This document shows positions 58,954 through 64,000 of a stretch of DNA of 64,000 bases, piece by piece. The stretch is from assembly GCF_009914755.1 (NCBI RefSeq), contig NC_060928.1. One strand, 5' to 3'. The stretch's first letter is position 1. Every line of letters begins with the position of its first letter. A program made the position numbers and the translations under genes. The notes under the pieces were generated by a model. It did no database searches. It worked only from the letters and a program-made list of their open reading frames with translations, and was not told where the DNA came from. This DNA is from the human T2T-CHM13v2.0 reference genome, Homo sapiens.

Positions 58954-60779
58954 TTCTGCAGCACTGTTTCTCTGAAACAGGATGTTGAAGCTTCCTGATT
59001 CTAGTACCATTTTGTAAGTCAATTTAGGCGATTAGGAAACCACCTCCAAAAAAGTATTCTTTGAAACTTATGAGCAATATTGATTTTCTGTACATGTTTA
59101 AGGAAAAAGAGTCCATAGTTTTCATGTTATGAATTAATGCTTTAGAGAGAAATCACACCACTCTAAATCTATTGTTCATGTTAAAAATCAAGTTTATTGA
59201 CGTAGACAGATTCATGTTATCTTTTCCTTACAATCTGTCATCCCCATAGCTCCTGATTCTAAAATCCAAAAATGTTTTTACAGCAAATCAATAAGTATTT
59301 AAAAGTCTCAACTCACAGATTGTTAAACTGACCTTAATTTTTCTCCTGCCACACGGAAAAATTAATTTAACCTAATATTTAAATAGTTTTCTTATATTAA
59401 CTTTGTCTCTCTTCTGTTTGAACTACTATAGCTATATCATTACATCAATTTGTACCATAAACATCACATGGTTTTAAGATTCTGTTGTAGAATTGCAGTT
59501 TTCCTATTCTTTGTCAGGTGCGACATTTTTTTAAAAGTCACTAACAGAAATTAGTGAAGTATCAAAAACAGACACAGATATGAGTGATTCTTTAGTTCAA
59601 AGGCCTAAAATATATAGTTTTAAAAATTTAGTTGTAAAAAAAAAGTTATTAGATAAGATCACATAGATTAATTCATATTTAATTTTTCTTCCTTCTCTTT
59701 ATTGCCTAACATTTCCCTGCAGTTCATTTACACAGTTTGAACTTTGAGTGTCAGTTCTTTAGTCTTTCCATTTCCCACATAAAAAGACAGAAGTGTTTCC
59801 TTATGTCAGTAGGCTTGTTCTAATTTAACAAATTGTCAGTGAGAAGTTGTGAAAAAATAAAGTTTTATTGTTCACTAAAATTTTGGATTCATATTGAATA
59901 ATCCCATTTATTCATGTTTCAATTGTCATTAAAATAGCTATTTCTAATTTGATTATAAATTCAGTATAGACACCTCTATAGTAGATAAACCAAAACTTAA
60001 TGTAAAATCATTTGAAATCAACTCAAAATATGCTATTAAGTTGCAGTAATTTAACATGTAAAAAATAATAAAATGATATTATTACAGATGTGTGTGTTCC
60101 AATTATCTCAAACTTTTTAAACTTTAATTTGGCTGTGGAAAAGAGTATTTGAAGGACATCACATATAAATGCCTATTTTAAAAATTAGACAAAACTGGAG
60201 CTGCTCAGACTCAAAGGCTGTAAGATGGTATCACCAGATGATCATCACTGATTTGCTTCCTTCCCTATCACAGTGAACCCTCCCTCAATGACCCAAAGTG
60301 GGCTATGTAACCAGTAGAACTTGAGGAATTCAATTTCAAAAAAAATTGAGCTAAATAAGAGTGTTTCTTTGGCCAAAAATAAATAAATAAATAAAATAAG
60401 AATTATTATTTTATTAAGACATGTTTAATAAATGTTATTAATTTCAATGTTGATTATTGAATTAATTTTATGAATACCTTTTGAGGATTTTATACTCCGA
60501 GGACATTGCTAGAACTTGAGGAAATGCCTCAATGAAAATAACAATAGCTCATGAACTTTTTTCATTATTTACGAATTTTTCATTTCTCATTATTTACAAA
60601 TAATTTTTCTAAGTTTTATCTTGTTTAATTCTTACAATAACTGGGTTACAGAGATATATCTCTGCCTGTTGAAGAATGGGAAACATACTCAGAGTGGTTA
60701 TGCCATGTGCCTAATTTCTCATTAAGAAAGAGTTAGAATAACAGTTTAGTTTTAATACTTATATTTATTTTTTATTTAA

Positions 60780-61500
60780 AAAGTTGTTCATTGATCACCT
60801 GCCATTTATCAAACAGTTTTTCTAAGTTCTGGGAGGTAGAAAAGTGAGTAAAGATAGTGACTCTGACCTCAGTGAGCTCACAACTTTATAGGAGAGACTG
60901 ATATTTTAACTGTAACATAAATGGGAATAGGATATGTGCTATACTAACATCATCTGCAAAACAGTGAGGAGCTGGAAAACTGGCTCTCTGGCAGGGTGAG
61001 GGAAAGAGCTCGGATTTGTCCATTTCTATTTTGTAAATATTTCCACCATGGCTGATTTCCAGGTCCTACCAGTTTAAAAATTGGCTTGAAATTCCTGGAT
61101 ATTTAACAATCAGCTCTCACAAGTGGGTTTAAGCTGACCTCCAACTCACCTCTGATAGTGTAATGGAAGCATAAAAAAGGCAGCAATGAATTCTGCTTGG
61201 AGAGGGGTTGGGAAAAGATTCAGAGCAGAAAGAATTTGAGCTAAGCCTTGATGATGAAAAAAGTTGGAGGACAGAGAACAGGGTAGAAGAATGGGTCACA
61301 CAGTGGGAACATTATATGCAAATTTAAGAAGGCTGAGAATTCATGGTCTTCTGGGGCATGTTTGAGCAGATAGCTGAGGTAGGGCCTCTGGAAGCTGTGT
61401 AATTGGGACCAGACTGTTAAAAACTTTGAAGGCATTAGGAGTTTTGATTTGTTTGTATAGGATACAGGCATCTCTGGAGGGGGTCTCATAAAACCTCCCT
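60780..61500 (-). mobile_element. L2 remnant interrupted by MER63
   Basis: ttcattgatcacctgcc...ctgacctcagtgagctcaca...ggagagactga, resuming near 61155 (atttgagctaagccttga...ggaacattatatgcaaa). Confidence 0.65.
60962..61154. mobile_element. MER63-like hAT MITE
   Basis: TIRs cagtgaggagctgg and ccaactcacctctg; internal tgtaaatatttccaccatggctgatttc and atttaacaatcagctctcaca. Confidence 0.7.
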
Positions 61501-63239
61501 CCAGAGATACCTGTATCCTATACAAAGAAATCATTTGAAGAACAAAACAGCCCAGGCAAGGATGGATTCTACCAAATGCCCAGAACTTTGCAAAGATTGA
61601 GGCAAGATTACAAGGAGGGAAGACAAATATTCATATTTGGAGTCAAAGTGAATTTTTAGTTGGTTTCATGATTGTACCTATACTAAAAGTTTCAAACGTG
61701 ATGATTTTATATATACTTTTCCATCTGGAAAAAGTACAACTCCATAACCAATTATAACAAAACCAATTGTATTTTAGCAACAATTTAATTGATCAAATTT
61801 TTTCTCTTTGTTAATATGGTAAGAAAAATAAAAACAGATTGTCCCGAAGACTTACAAATAAAATTTCAATATGGGAAACAGTTTTTTTACTTGGCAAAGC
61901 CTAAATTTGTATTAAAGAATTTATAATACAGGGTCAGGCTCTCAGAATTTTTACCCCTAGGCAAACCACTTCGTCTGTGGTGAAATGTCCTACTGAATAT
62001 CACTAAAAATATTTCACCCGATATCATTTAAGTAAGATTTTATGAGGTTGACTTTTTTAAGTGGAATTAAATTAACTCTATAAGAAAAGGTATACTCAGG
62101 ATTAAGTAAAGACCATTAGACCGTCAAGGATTATCTTCCTTTCAATACTGTGGTCCCTCCAGACAACATCTGTTTTCCCCATGGCTCAATATTCCTTTCC
62201 TAATCTTACTGGTTGGCTGGCCTGAGGATATGTAGTCTACTTCCAAACTCTACTTCTTATAAGTTTCATGAATTTTCATTTTCTATCTTTTTATTTATGC
62301 TTTTATCTTGTACATTTGGCACTACTTTCGAGTTTAATTGCAATAATTTCAAAGATAACAGTGTCGATAAACATGTTTTAAGGTAAATGTAATTACAAAG
62401 CTACATATATATATTTCCTATGGAAGCAATTGTAACATCTCACTTATTAAGTCATGTTTTAGCTCATTTTTATCTCAATAAACACAAATGCATCAAAGCT
62501 TATTTAAATTCACAGAATGAAACATGAATGATTAGAAAGTTCTACAAATAAACCAGTTAGCTTCTCCAAAAAATGGTTCTTGGGCAGAGCTCATAGTCAT
62601 TTTCCCTTAGTAAATTATTGATCAGATGTTCTCAATGTTTGCCAAAATGTGAAACAAATATTAAGAACTAATGATGGGATGATATATGCAACTATCTTCA
62701 ACTAAGGGATTCAGTTCAAGATCTTCACATTATTGCATTTGGAAGTTAGACAAGGAGCATATTTACTTTTATTTTACCTGTTGTGGAATGTTACATTGAC
62801 AGATGTCTTCTGAATGGCTTACTTTTTTTTCTCCCTAAGTATTCAAATCTTCTAATTTTATCTGTTTATTACTGAAATGTCAAAACATTTGCTTCTAGAT
62901 ACCCTGTGTGAACATTCATCTCCAAAGGGTCTCCTAGTAAGTGAGAAGTCAGTGGTTTGGGATATACAGGTCTTTTTGATTAGAGAACTAAGTATTTCCA
63001 TGGGCTGTTTTCTGAAAATGGAGTTAGGTTCAGTCTTTTATTCCCACTTTAATTTAAAATTAGACAGTTATTTGACAAATTTTCTATTAAGTCAAACACT
63101 TCATTAAAGAAGAGTACTAAAGATCATCTTGGCAAAAAAAGCTTTTATATCTGTTCAGCTTAGAGTTCTAATCTTATAGCTAAATGTTTCTTAAGGTTTT
63201 TTTTTTTCTAAAAGAGATCACTTTTTAATGAATGAGTGT

Positions 63240-63930
63240 AACTTTTTATTAAGACAATTATTTTCATTAAAGAAGTATATGAAAATGGTTAAGTAAAATC
63301 AAATGGCTCCAAAAATCTTAACAGTGAAAACAACAGTCCTGCCAGTTGTTCTTTCCAGAGGCAAGCACTTTTCATTCTCTTAGTTTTTCCTGCTGGTAGT
63401 TACCTTCATGGATTTTTTCCAGATTATTATTTTTTTTGGTTTTTCAAGTGAATGCATACATGAATACATGTAATTTTTAAAAGCCTCTTCAGTTTATAAT
63501 GCATCCTAACAGTACCCTGCCCCATCCCTCCTAATTCTAAATGACTTTTAACTCTTTTAGCAATGTCTTCTATTTTTTTCCTTATGTAACTAGTCGTTTC
63601 TTGATTATTTTATACATTATATAGTGATTTCTTGATATGACAGTTGAGGATTTAGCTCTTATACCATCACTATCTTCACTTTTCCTCCCATATTGTCCCA
63701 AAGTAGTTACCAGATTTAGGAGCTAAGCAGTCACCACATCATTATGATGATGTACATATTACTCATTGTTGAGAAAAACAGCGTGTTATACTCTTATTTC
63801 CTATCTTGTACTTCTTTCTGCCCTAGAATTAATGATTGCCTAACCAACCTTTCCCCCTTGTTTTTTTTTTTTTATTTCTGCTTTATCTTCAATGAGCTTC
63901 TTTCCAAATGCCCCAAATCTGGCAATAACC
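63240..63930 (-). mobile_element. Old L1ME 3' region remnant
   Basis: ccagaggcaagcacttttcattctcttag resembles an antisense L1ME terminus; T-rich continuation. Confidence 0.45.
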
Positions 63931-63932
63931 CA

Positions 63933-64000
63933 TTATTATTTTTAAGAGAAGGGATCTCACTATGGTGACCAGGCTGGTCTGGAACACTTGGGCTCAAGCC
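63933..64000 (-). mobile_element. Alu left arm / FLAM (AluJ-type), truncated by the window edge
   Basis: ttttaagagaagggatctcactatggtgaccaggctggtctggaacacttgggctcaagc. Confidence 0.88.

Overview
AT-rich, CpG-depleted primate genomic DNA, almost certainly human (an AluYa5-like element and an LTR12C are present). It reads as intergenic or deep-intronic sequence. I find no credible host protein-coding gene, RNA gene or CpG-island promoter, and I cannot place the locus from sequence alone. The longer ORFs in the track come from repeats (Alu, L1 ORF2, LTR12C, TA-rich arrays); the rest have no recognisable homology. The window holds about 18 Alu copies or fragments, several L1s of different ages, five ERV solo LTRs (LTR12C, MER61, and tentative LTR18-, LTR32- and MER74-like), MaLR/LTR16 remnants, DNA-transposon MITEs (MER20, MER82, MER58, MER63), MIR/L2 remnants and microsatellites. 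The most unusual observation is an Alu together with about 120 bp of its 3' flank that occurs twice, 42 kb apart, with a degenerate TSD around the second copy; this resembles a rare Alu-associated 3' transduction or a local duplication. Other points of interest are a near-perfect p53 element in the MER61 LTR, an intact LTR12C promoter, and a young AluYa5-like insertion with a 44-nt poly(A). All repeat subfamily names are by-eye recognition, not RepeatMasker output. I do not see evidence of a novel multi-gene system.
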